Source: Macrostomum lignano | Lineage: Eukaryota | Direction: 5' to 3' | Length of the DNA: 64,000 bases | NCBI GenBank assembly: GCA_002269645.1 | Contig: NIVC01003124.1 | Coordinates: forward strand, 1 to 64,000 | Shown here: piece by piece, positions 12,631 to 24,299 of the stretch | How the letters are laid out: each line of letters opens with the position of its first letter | Position numbering within the stretch: position 1 is the first letter of the stretch | Notes under the pieces: generated by a model | The model's input: the letters and a program-made list of their open reading frames with translations, nothing else | Told to the model about the DNA's origin: nothing | Databases searched by the model: none | Translations under genes and position numbers: made by a program

Positions 12631-15600
12631 ATGGAGCAGTTATCTATTGTTTACCTGTTGATTGTGGCCATTCAACTGCTCCCTGCACCTGTTGCTGGGC
12701 AATTTCCTGTGGCCTGCTTGAGCAATTCTACTCAGCCTAATGCCGTGTGTTGCCCTGCGCCTCAAGGTGAGCAACCAGTGATATTCCTTGCACTCTACCA
12801 GAGATATCCCCTGCACTCTACCAGTGATATACGCTGCACTCTACCAGTGATATACGCTGCACTCTACCAGTGATATCCCCTGCACTCTACCAGTGATATC
12901 CCCTGCACTCTACCAGTGATATCCCCTGCACTCTACCAGTGATATTCCCTGCACTCTACCAGTGATATCCCCTGCACTCTACCAGTGATATCCCCTGCAC
13001 TCTACCAGTGATATCCCCTGCACTCTACCAGTGATATCCCCTGCACTCTACCAGTGATATCCCCTGCACTCTACCAGTGATATCCCCTGCACTCTACCAG
13101 TGAAATTCCTTGCACTCTACCAGTGATATCCCCTGCACTCTACCAGTGATATCCCCTGCACTCTACCAGTGATATCCCCTGCACTCTACCAGTGATATCC
13201 CCTGCACTCTACCAGAGATATCCCCTGCACTCTACCAGTGATATACCCTACACTCTACCAGTGAAATTCCTTGCACTCTACCAGTGATATCCCCTAAACT
13301 CTACCAGTCATATCCCCTACACTCTGCCAGTGACCCTTCACTAGACTGACTCCACTATTGACTTAAACTACCCTAACCCTACATGTATACCATTTGACTC
13401 ACCTTAAAATCCAACAGTGACCTACCTTACAATTGACCCTTGGCATCCTAGCAACCCTCCATGAGCTTCGACTTCTCAGCAATTCACCCCGAGCCTTAAC
13501 ATCTCAACACCAAGTGCACCAGCAATACAAAAGTAACTATATTCAGCTTGTCCGCACACGAAGGTTCCGCCGTCCCCTGCGGCGGCCCCCAGCGCGGCGC
13601 CTGCGTCGCCATAACGACGGCCGCTGTAGACGAAGATCCGCCCAGAGAAGAGCTGCGCAATGACGACCGGCTGTCCTGGCCGCTGAGATTCTTCGCCTTC
13701 GCCTGCCAGTGCCGGCCGGCGTTCTGGGGCGCCGACTGCGGCGAATCCGCGCCGTTGCGCCCTCGATTGCGCAAAAACGCGCTTAATATGAGCGCAGAGG
13801 AGCGACTGCTGCTGCGACAGGTGGATGCTTAATTAGCGTTGATGTCTTATGCTTTTGCTCCATGTTTTCTAAACTAACAATTTTTTTTAGCTTTAATTTT
13901 ACTCATTCTAAATTCGAACCCGCGACTTTCGGGTTGAAGATTTCAGCGCGATAGACCACTGACCCTCTGTCACAAACAATCAATACGAACGTTAGTTATA
14001 TGCGTAAAGTTTATATAAACTATACTTAAATAACTCTATCACAAGTGAGACTCGAACTCGCGTCCTTTAGATTATTGGTTAAATCCGCTAGACCACCATG
14101 CTACGATCTGCCTCGCTTCTTATGGAATATTTCAAACTGTAGAATCAATCGCTAAACACCACAAGGTTCTGGTTGCATCAAAGAACGAGTCGAGCGGTTG
14201 GGCCGTCCTGAACATCAGCAGCTCAGCCAATGGCGACCCGGCTACGCCAGACAAAGTCTCTTTCGTAAACGTCAGCGTATACGACCTCTTAGTCTATCTG
14301 CATCTGTACTCATCGAGGAGCACCCTGCTCGAGCCGGTGATGCCTGACGAAGGAGCTGCTGGCGAGGACGGCGGCGAAGAGGGCTCGTGTCCGAGGTCCC
14401 GCCATCAGCTGGACTTTGCTCACCGAGGTCCGGGGTTCCTGCCCTGGCATCGGCACTATCTTCTACTAGCGGAGGCCCTATTCGCCAACATTGCTAAGAG
14501 CCGCTTTGGAGCCGAGGACTTCTCGTTACCCTATTGGGACTGGACTGGAAAGTCTGTTTGCGACGTCTGCACCAGCGATCTGGTCGGGCCAGTTGGAAAT
14601 GCAACCGGTAGATTAAAAGTGTACATTCGATTGGGAGTCCTTGGGATTGGAGATGGAGTGGATTGGATTGGAGTGCATTGAAATTTGCACAGTGAGAATG
14701 GGAATCGTGAAGGTAATTACACAGTAATAGAGAAGGTGATTACACAGCAATAGAGAGGGTGATTACACAGTATTAGAGAAGGTGATTACACAGCAACAGA
14801 GAAGGTGATTACACAGTAACAGAAGGGGTGATTACACAGTAATAGAGAGACTGATTACACAGTAATAGAGAAGGTGATTACACAGCAACAGAGGGTGATT
14901 ACACAGTAACAGAAGGGGCGATTACACAGTAATTCACCGCCAATCCCAACCATCCCCACACAGCGGACGACTCAGATCCCGATTCAGGTTTTGTCGGCGG
15001 CGATTTTGCCAACTTTCGCGCCTTCTGCCCGCGCCGTTCATCCCCGGGCGCCTGTCACACCTGCGACCCGGCCAAGTTCCAGGACGTCGGCGGTGACGGA
15101 AGCAACGCGGAGCCATTGTGGAGGTCGTACAATGCCGATTTTTTCAATCAAGACAATGGTGATGCTGGCGGATTGCCCAGCATCGAGGAGACAGCCTACC
15201 TGCTGGTCAATGCAAGCCGCTATGACTCACCACCCTACAATCAGTCCGCAGCCAATGACAGCTTCCGGAACCTTCTGGAAGGCTTTGTCAACAGTAGCGG
15301 AGATTTCAGCACCGCTGGTCGGCAGTTTATGCATAACCTGGTGAGAATTGACGAATTGCAATTTGGAACTGATGACACCCATTTTAGGGGTAATGACACC
15401 CATTTTAGGGGTAATGACACCCATTTTAGGGGTAATGACACCCATTTAGGAGGCAATGACACCCATTTTAGGGGTAATGACACCCATTTTAGGGGCAAAG
15501 ACACACAATTAGGAAGCAACGACACCCATTTTAGGGGCAATGGCACCCATTTTAGAAGTAATGGCATCCTTTTTGGAGATAATGAATCCTAATTTGGAGG

Positions 15601-17296
15601 TAATGACGCCCATTTTGGAGGTAATGACACCCAATTCGTTTTAAAAAATTTTTTCAACGTTGACAAACATTTTGACACATTTGGTGTGCAACATTTCACC
15701 CTGACAGGTGCACAGCTACATGAGAGGCACCTGGCTAGACGTGGCCCTCAGCCCGAACGATCCGCTATTCTGGCTTCATCACTGTTTCGTTGACAAACTA
15801 TTCGAAGTGTGGCTTCGATCCAGCCCGGATGCAGCCAATCCCGATAAAAATCTGCCAGTCGATGGTGCACCGGTTGGTCACTCGCGTCGCTCAAATATGG
15901 TGCCATTTTTTCCGCCCGTGACCGTGGCTGACCGGTTTGCCAGGTCCGACAGCTTGGGATTTGGTTACGACACCCTGCAGCTGGAGACCGGGCTGGATGC
16001 TCTGGCGCTGAGGGGAGCTCCGGCCGCTGCTGAGTCTGGTAGAGTAGGAAAGGGGTAGGGTCGGTTGAGTAGGTTAGCTAGGGTTTTGGGTAGGGTAGGG
16101 TAGGTTTTGGGTAGGGTTTCGGTAGGTTTTTGGTAGGGTTTCGGTAGGTTTTGGGCAGGGTTTCGGTAGGTTTTGGGTAGGGTTTCGGTAGGTTTTGGGT
16201 AGGGTTTCGGTAGTCTTTGGGTAGGGTTTGGTAGGTTTTGGGTAGGGTTTTGATAGGCTTTGGGCAGGGTTTCGGTAGGTTTTGGGTAGGGTTTCGGTAG
16301 GTTTTGGGTAGGGTTTCGGTAGGCTTTGGGTAGGGTTTCGGTAGGTTTTGGGTAGGGTCTCGGTAGGTTTTGGGTAAGGGTTTCGGTAGGCTTTGGGTAG
16401 GGTTTCGGTAGGTTTTGGGCAGGGTTTCGGTAGGTTTTGGGCAGGGTTTCGGTAGGTTTTGGGTAGGGTTTCGGTAGTCTTTGGGTAGGGTTTTGGTAGG
16501 CTTTGGGCAGGGTTTCGGTAGGTTGTGGGTAGGGTTTCGGTAGGTTTTGGGTAAGGTTTCGGTAGGTTTTGGGTAGGGTTTCGGTAGGCTTTGGGTAGGG
16601 TATCGGTAGGCTTTGGGTAGGGTTTTGGTAGGTTCTGGGTAGGGTTTCGGTAGGTTTTGGGTAGGGTTTCGGTAGGCTTTGGGTAGGGTTTCGGTAGGTT
16701 TTGGGTAGGGTTTCGGTAGGTTTTGGGTAGGGTTTCGGTAGGTTTGGGTAAAGTAGGTAGGTTTTAGGTAGGGTTTCGATAGGGTGAGTAGGGTTTGGGT
16801 AGGATGGGTAGTATGGTCAAGGACTACGAGACTAGACTCATTCTATAACGAAGTTTTTCTAGTGGTCCTTGAGTTGGGTAGATATAGGTGGAATTTTGAT
16901 GAGTAGAGTCAAATCAAATTCAGATAAAATCAATAAGATAGTAGATGAAATCAAGATAAAAATGGGATTTTAAAACCCTCAAACCCTCACCTTGCTGACC
17001 CAGGCATTCTGGCAGTGCCAGCCGACTCACCTCTGGCCGGGTGGAACTTCCGCCTAATATCGCTGGTAGAATTTCTCGTGCTTGCCGTCTGCCTGTGCGT
17101 CATTGCCGGTTGGGCTTGCTTTATCCTGAGACAGCGTCGAGGACTTGGCGGTCAGTATCGCCAAGTGGAAGGTCCAGATCCAACAGCAGACGGCGGCAGT
17201 GACCATCAGCGACAAGAGGAGAAAGAGAAGGAGGAAGAGACGCCTCTGATTGCTGATAAGCGGTCTGGGAAACGAAAAATTCCGATCTACGTTTGA
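12631..17296 (+). CDS. TYR: Tyrosinase, type I membrane (TYR/TYRP family), 6 exons
   Basis: Exons 12631-12766, 13564-13820, 14166-14607, 14964-15340, 15708-16038, 17004-17296 with consistent phases. Signal peptide + QFPVAC..CCP; Cys-rich domain DDRLSWPLRFF..CQC; CuA (YLHLYS, DFAHRGPGFLPWHR); CuB (MHNLVHSY, SPNDPLFWLHHCFVD); TM helix; cytoplasmic EETPLI. Confidence 0.9.
12773..13335. repeat. 23-bp minisatellite in tyrosinase intron 1
   Basis: Unit GATATCCCCTGCACTCTACCAGT beginning a few nt after the donor site. Confidence 0.95.
13912..14105 (-). mobile_element. Two tRNA-like (A/B-box) heads in tyrosinase intron 2
   Basis: Minus strand CGTAGCATGGTGGTCTAGCG...GAGTTCGAGTC (14105-14047) and GGTCAGTGGTCTATCGCG...GGGTTCGAAT (13964-13912); no clean cloverleaf. 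Confidence 0.5.
14710..14935. repeat. ~23-bp minisatellite in tyrosinase intron 3
   Basis: Unit GTGATTACACAGTAATAGAGAAG. Confidence 0.9.
15370..15635. repeat. 21-bp minisatellite in tyrosinase intron 4
   Basis: Unit AATGACACCCATTTTAGGGGT. Confidence 0.9.
16045..16800. repeat. 22-bp G/T-rich minisatellite in tyrosinase intron 5
   Basis: Unit GGGTTTCGGTAGGTTTTGGGTA. Confidence 0.95.
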
Positions 17297-17974
17297 CAGA
17301 CACCTGAACAAGTTAAACTATTGAGGCAGTGTTCAATTGCTTGCCGAGCTCATTTGTTTCATCTTCATTTTAAATATTTTTGCCATGAAAGTTTTTTCAG
17401 CCATTTTTGAAATTTTAAGCATCATATTACATTGTTGTACTAACAGTAGCTTGTCGGCGTTTTTTACTATCTACATGTACTGGGCAATTTTTATCCAGCA
17501 ACTCACGGTCTAGGTTTTGTAATTAAACGATCAAATAAAATAAGTGCCGTTTTAACAAATTTAAAACAAATTAACAACGCCTATAGTGGTTCACTATCAG
17601 CAGCAAAGTTGATAATATATTTTTTAATTATTTTCTTACAGAAATTTACTGCCCTTAATTTTAATTGAATTAAAATATCTGACAAACAGCAAGGTTGTAC
17701 TTTAGGCAAAATTAATTTAACTATTGACGAGATTAGCTAATTAATGGCAGTTATAAATAAGTTGCTGCAGCTTATACCACATTGTCCTCAGCATGTCTAA
17801 AATTCGAATTTGCAATTAAAAAGTTAGTTATAACTTTCGTTTTGCACCAACGCAATGAATTTCATAAATACGCTGTGGAGCTTTGAGAAAAACAAAACAA
17901 GTATTATATTTGTAACCAGAAAGAATATTTGACTAATTTTTGTTAATTTCTGGGTGATAAAATAAGCTAGCAAC

Positions 17975-18181
17975 TCAGGACTCTGGTCTGCAGCCCAGCA
18001 ACTGCAGCAGGTAGGTGGCCACGGACTCGAATCCTGACGGCATGCCGTAGTGCTTCTCGGCCTCGAGGTTAAAGGAGGTGTTGCTGTTGATGTCGATCAC
18101 ACAGGCTTCGCCTGATGAGTTCCTGATGAACTCAAACGCTATGTTCTCTGCGTCTGTAGCCTGCGTGAGATAGATTAGATG

Positions 18182-18276
<95 letters not shown>

Positions 18277-18353
18277 GGATAGATAGATAGATAGATAGAT
18301 GGACAGACAGACAGGCAGACAGACAGACAGAGACAGAGGACAGACAGACAGAA

Positions 18354-18414
<61 letters not shown>

Positions 18415-18421
18415 TACACTA

Positions 18422-18454
<33 letters not shown>

Positions 18455-18483
18455 GGCAGGCAGACAGACATACAGACAGAGAC

Positions 18484-18524
<41 letters not shown>

Positions 18525-21500
18525 GCAGACAGACAGACAGACAGAAAGACAGACAGGCAGACAGACAGACAGACAGACAACACTCACCTGAATGAACTCC
18601 TCCATGCGCTGCCGAATCGGGTGCTCAAATTGCCGCGACAGGCGATAGTTTTCCACCTTGTTGGCGCAGGGGCACATGTTGAAGCCCGGACTCTCTGGGT
18701 CCACCTGTTGAATGCAAAAGATTTCAGTCTATATCTGCATGCATGCACCATACTCTATACTTTCTACTTGTAAGTAGTCGAACTCTCACAGCAACTATAA
18801 AAGACTGACCAATATTTCAGCGAGGTACAGAAACTTCTTCCCGACAAATTCCGCTCGATAGAATCCGCAACTCCTATCCAGGTACTCCTGGAACAGGTAT
18901 AGCCCAGTTGGACATGGATTCTCCGCGAAATAGGTCGTCCGCCCAGACTCGAATTCGTCAACGGTGTCGAATAGTCGAACTCCGCTGCCGGAACCGCCGC
19001 GATCCGGTTTCAGGATGAAGGGCGCTGGAAGCTGGGCCGATACAAGTGACGAAGTCCTGACACTAACAGTGCCGATGAGAGTTCTTGGCACTGGGAGCCC
19101 GACTTTTCGGCACTGGAGGAGTTTGATGTTTTGTAATCTTTATGGTCTTTACATGTACGGAGTCTTGTTGGGTGCCCCTGTTTCCTAGTTGGAGCCCCTG
19201 TCTCCTAGTTGGCGCCCCTGTCTCCTAGTTGGCGCCTCTGTTTCCTAGTTGGCGCCCCTGTTTCCTAGTTGGCGCCCCTGTTTCCTAGTTGGCGCCCCTG
19301 TCTCTTGGTGGGCGCCCCTGTTTCCTAGTTGGCGCCCCTGTTTCCTAGTTGGCGCCCCTGTCTCTTGGTGGGCGCTCCTGTTTCCTAGTTGGCGCCCCTG
19401 TTTCCTAGTTGGCGCCCCTGTTTCCTAGTTGGCGCCCCTGTCTCTTGGTGGGCGCTCCTGTTTCCTAGTTGGCGCCCCTGTCTTCTAGTTGGCGCCCCTG
19501 TTTCTTGGTGGGCGCCCCTGTCTCCTAGTTGGCGCCCCTGCCTCTTGGTGGGCGCCCCTGTCTCCTAGTTGGCACCCCTGTCTCTTGGTGGGTGCCCCTG
19601 TCTTCTAGTTGGCGCCCCTGTTTCCTAGTTGGCGCCCCTGCCTCTTGGTGGGCGCCCCTGTCTCCTAGTTGGCGCCCCGTCTCCTAGTTGGCGCCTCTGT
19701 CTCCTGGTGGGTGCCCCTGTCTTCTAGTTGGCGCCCCTGTTTCCTAGTTGGCGCCCCTGCCTCTTGGTGGGCGCCCCTGTCTCCTAGTTGGCGCCCCTGC
19801 CTCCTAGTTGGCGCCCCTGTCTCCTAGTTGGCGCCCCTGTCTCCTAGTTGGCGCCCCTGTCTCCTAGTTGGCGCCCCTGTCTCCTAGTTGGCGCCCCTGT
19901 CTCCTAGTTGGCGCCCCTGTCTCCTAGTTGGCGCCCCTGTCTCCTAGTTGGCGCCCCTGTCTCCTAGTTGGCGCCCCTGTCTCCTAGTTGGCGCCCCTGT
20001 CTCTTGGTGGGCGCCCCTGTCTCTTGTTGGGCGCCCCTGTCTCCTAGTTGGCGCCCCTGTCTCTTGGTGGGCGCCCCTGTCTCCTAGTTGGCGCTACTGT
20101 TTTCTAGGTGGCGCCCCTGTTTCCTAGTTGGCGCCCCGTCTCCTAGTTGGCGCCCCGTCTCCTAGTTGGCGCCACTGTCTTCTAGTTGGTTGGAAAACCG
20201 ACTGCCACTTCGATAACAGTGCATATGAGCTATATATATGAGAGTCGATATAGTGTTCTCTATATGCTCTGTCGGGACTCGGGTTATATTGTTTCCATCG
20301 CGATTTAAAAAAAAATAGTTTTCTTTATTGTAGCTCGTATATTACGAAACAAAAAATAGTTTTTCCCTATCTAGATATTAATGGCAAACGTTAGCGTAAC
20401 GTATTTTCAACGCACCCTGATCATGCCTATGCTTGGTCGGTACTCGGTAGCTTTCTGATCTTTCGTGTTAACAATTCTTATCTGTTGAATCCGCGGTGCT
20501 AATTAATGTCATGCACCTGCTGCAGTAAAAAAAATAGAGATAAGCAAGAGAGACAGAGAAAATGAAACGAAGAGTGCAGACGACGCGGTGCTTGCGGTGC
20601 TTGCTCGTTGACTGAGGACTCAATATGTGTACTTTTGAGATTTTTGCATTGAGCAGTACAGAGAGCTCTCTATATTTGCTTATCTCTTATCGCGCATCTG
20701 CATGCCTTTGCTCTTGAAGTATTCCATTGCCATCTACTGTGACTTTAGCATCATTCAATACTGACTTTGGCATCATCCAAGACTGTGACTCTGGCATCAT
20801 CCAAGACTGTGACTCTGGCATCATCCAAGACTGTGACTCTGGCATCATCCAATACTGACTTTAGCATCATCCAAGACTGTGACTCTGGCATCATCCAATA
20901 CTGTGACTCTGGCATCATCCAATACTGTGACTCTGGCATCATCCAAGACTGTGACTCTGGCATCATCCAATACTGTGACTCTGGCATCATCCAATACTGT
21001 GACTCTGGCATCATCCAAGACTGTGACTTTAGCATCATAAAAATGTGACTTTAGCATCATAAAAATGTGACTTTAGCATCATTCAATACTGACTTTGGCA
21101 TCATCCAAGACTGTGACTCTGGCATCATCCAAGACTGTGACTCTGGCATCATCCAATACTGACTTTAGCATCATCCAAGACTGTGACTCTGGCATCATCC
21201 AAGACTGTGACTCTGGCATCATCCAATACTGACTTTAGCATCATCCAAGACTGTGATTCTGGCATCATCCAATACTGTGACTCTGGCATCATCCAATACT
21301 GTGACTCTGGCATCATCCAAGACTGTGACTCTGGCATCATCCAATACTGTGACTCTGGCATCATCCAATACTGTGACTCTGGCATCATCCAAGACTGTGA
21401 CTTTAGCATCATAAAAATGTGACTTTAGCATCATAAAAATGTGACTTTAGCATCATCCAAGACTGTGACTTTGGCATCATAAAAATGTGACTTTAGCATC

Positions 21501-23564
21501 ATCCAAGACTGTGACTTTAGCATCATCCAAGACTGTGACTCTGGCATCATCCAAGACTGTGACTCTGGCATCATCCAAGACTGTGACTCTGGCATCATCC
21601 AATACTGACTTTAGCATCATCCAAGACTGTGACTCTGGCATCATCCAATACTGTGACTCTGGCATCATCCAATACTGTGACTCTGGCATCATCCAATACT
21701 GTGACTCTGGCATCATCCAAGACTGTGACTTTAGCATCATAAAAATGTGACTTTAGCATCATAAAAATGTGACTTTAGCATCATCCAAGACTGTGACTTT
21801 GGCATCATAAAAATGTGACTTTAGCATCATCCAAGACTGTGACTCTGGCATCATCCAAGACTGACTTTAGCATCATCCAATACTGACTTTAGCATCATCC
21901 AATACTGACTTTGGCATCATCCAAGACTGTGACTCTGGCATCATCTAAGACTGTGACTTTAGCATCAAAAAAACGTGACTCTAGCATCATTCAATACTGA
22001 CTTTAGCATCATCCAATACTGACTTTAGCATCATCCAATACTGACTTTAGCATCATCCAATACTGACTTTAGCATCATCCAAGACTGTGACTTTAGCATC
22101 ATCCAAGACTGTGACTTTGGCATCATAAAAATGTGACTTTAGCATCATCCAAGACTGTGACTCTGGCATCATCCAAGACTGACTTTAGCATCATCCAATA
22201 CTGACTTTAGCATCATCCAATACTGACTTTGGCATCATCCAAGACTGTGACTCTGGCATCATCTAAGACTGTGACTTTAGCATCAAAAAAACGTGACTCT
22301 AGCATCATTCAATACTGACTTTAGCATCATCCAATACTGACTTTAGCATCATCCAATACTGACTTTAGCATCATCCAATACTGACTTTAGCATCATCCAA
22401 GACTGTGACTTTAGCATCATCCAAGACTGTGACTTTGGCATCATAAAAATGTGACTTTAGCATCATCCAAGACTGTGACTCTGGCATCATCCAAGACTGA
22501 CTTTAGCATCATCCAATACTGACTTTAGCATCATCCAATACTGACTTTGGCATCATCCAAGACTGTGACTCTGGCATCATCTAAGACTGTGACTTTAGCA
22601 TCAAAAAAACGTGACTCTAGCATCATTCAATACTGACTTTAGCATCATCCAATACTGACTTTAGCATCATCCAATACTGACTTTAGCATCATCCAAGACT
22701 GTGACTTTAGCATCATAAAAACGTGACTCTAGGATCATCCAAGACTGACTTTAGCATCATCCAAGACTGTGACTTTAGCAGTATCCAAGACTGTGACTCT
22801 AGCACCATCTATGACCACATGTACATGTAAATAAACCCCATCTGAGCGTAAAACGATGGTTCAATACCATCATCTATCTGATGTGATTGTGATTCTACCA
22901 ATCAGCTGTATCCATGGGACAGAGGTCACAGAGCAGCATATCGATAATCGCGCCTAGCTTAGCATGTCGATCTATAAAAGTGCGTGCCTGAGTACCGTAT
23001 TGGCAACAGCTTGTATGTGCTGAGGAGTTCGCGGAATGGACAGAATTGCTTTAGTGTTGGATGGTTGCGGGACAATGTCGCTGAAGGCATATTTATTAAG
23101 AATTTTCTATTCAGCCGAATATTTTCAACCAGCAACCCGACGCTGCCAGAACGGTAATATTATTGCTTTTAATTGCCGTTTAGGCGTTGGAGAAATGCTT
23201 CAAACGCTCGATTGCTCACCAGTCGAATTTGCTCTGTTTTGCTGCCCTCCATTTCCATGACGTCGCCATTGACAACCCGCCGGTCCCAGGCGGTCAGCCA
23301 GCCAAGGATGACGCGAAACGCTTCAAACGAATTCGGCGCCTGTCGCTGAGCAGCCGAGGCTGAGCAGAAGGCGAAGTACAGCGCCTCGGGCGGCTCGCTG
23401 TCAGCGTCGATGGCCATCTCGGCGGCATGCCAGTAGGTCACCGGCAGATCGGGACATTGGCGCTGCAAATTGGCCACAGTATCTGCTATCCAATGGGCAT
23501 CGTCGAATACAATTATGAGTCCTTTAGAGTACTGCGGTTTGAGTTGGCACGAGTTTGTTGACAT
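17975..23564 (-). CDS. RimK-like / glutathione-synthetase-like ATP-grasp ligase, bacterial type, 4 exons, ~316 aa
   Basis: Exons 23564-23220, 19112-18810, 18704-18588, 18160-17975 (all phase 0, GT-AG). Motifs WDRRVVNG..MEMEGSK, PVPRT, FILKPDRGGSGSGVRLF, LFQEYL, YRAEFVG, FNMCPC, VIDINSNTSFN follow the ATP-grasp order. Confidence 0.85.
18168..18579. repeat. Compound (GATA)n/(GACA)n microsatellite filling ATP-grasp intron 3
   Basis: (GATA)n ~18168-18300 followed by (GACA)n ~18301-18579. Confidence 0.97.
19170..20190. repeat. 20-bp minisatellite in ATP-grasp intron 1
   Basis: Unit GGCGCCCCTGTYTCCTAGTT, ~50 copies. Confidence 0.97.
20742..22810. repeat. 22-24-bp minisatellite with 318-bp higher-order repeat in ATP-grasp intron 1
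   Basis: Unit CTGTGACTCTGGCATCATCCAAGA; marker TCATCTAAGA at 21941, 22259, 22577. Confidence 0.95.
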
Positions 23565-24299
23565 GTTTCTGATGTGCTCCGTCTCAAAGCAGAAATGCAA
23601 TATTTGATAGCATAAAGTTAATTAAGTAGGTTATTAATGCACTGCCAATATCCAGCGCCGCGTTTTAAATAGCAGAGGTTTGGGGTTGCTCTGAATTCGT
23701 GCATACTTGCATGGTTGGTTGATTCGATGTTCATGCGGCTTGTATGCAGTTCTGTCACTAGTGTCACTGTATGCACGCTGTCTTTTACTTAATTTACGAT
23801 TTTCAAAGCTTTCAAATGTGCCGCGCCTCTGAGGGAGGGTGAGGGCTTGGCTGAGTACACATGCATGCGCATGGGAGGCAAGCCGCGATTGAAAAGACTA
23901 GATAAGAGAGAGACCAAAAATATAAAGCCATGAACAGAACAGAAAAAGAAGATCGCGCGCCCGGTGTGTTTTTGGAAGTCAAAATAGGGGCTCGACTCGA
24001 CGTTTATGCATGGTGTGGACACGAAAGGTTATTTATATTCACTGAACACATCGTAAAACCTGACCACATGTAAGATCAGACTCGACGACTTCATGAAAAT
24101 GATGTCTGTGTGTTTTTGCCGGACAAAATTTCGATGATGATCCAGACGTATTGCTATCCCTGACATCCATACCTATTTAACGGGTCCACTTGCCACATGC
24201 AACCGGACCTTTGCCAACCAGAACGTTCGTTAAATAAGCCGCGGGATGAAGTTAATAATTGCCTTCAAAGCCATTTACACTCGATCGCGGGGGGGGGGG

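Noticed and set aside
17975-23564. Bacterial contamination as the source of the ATP-grasp gene
   Set aside because: The gene has three spliceosomal introns with host-type repeats and is contiguous with animal genes.
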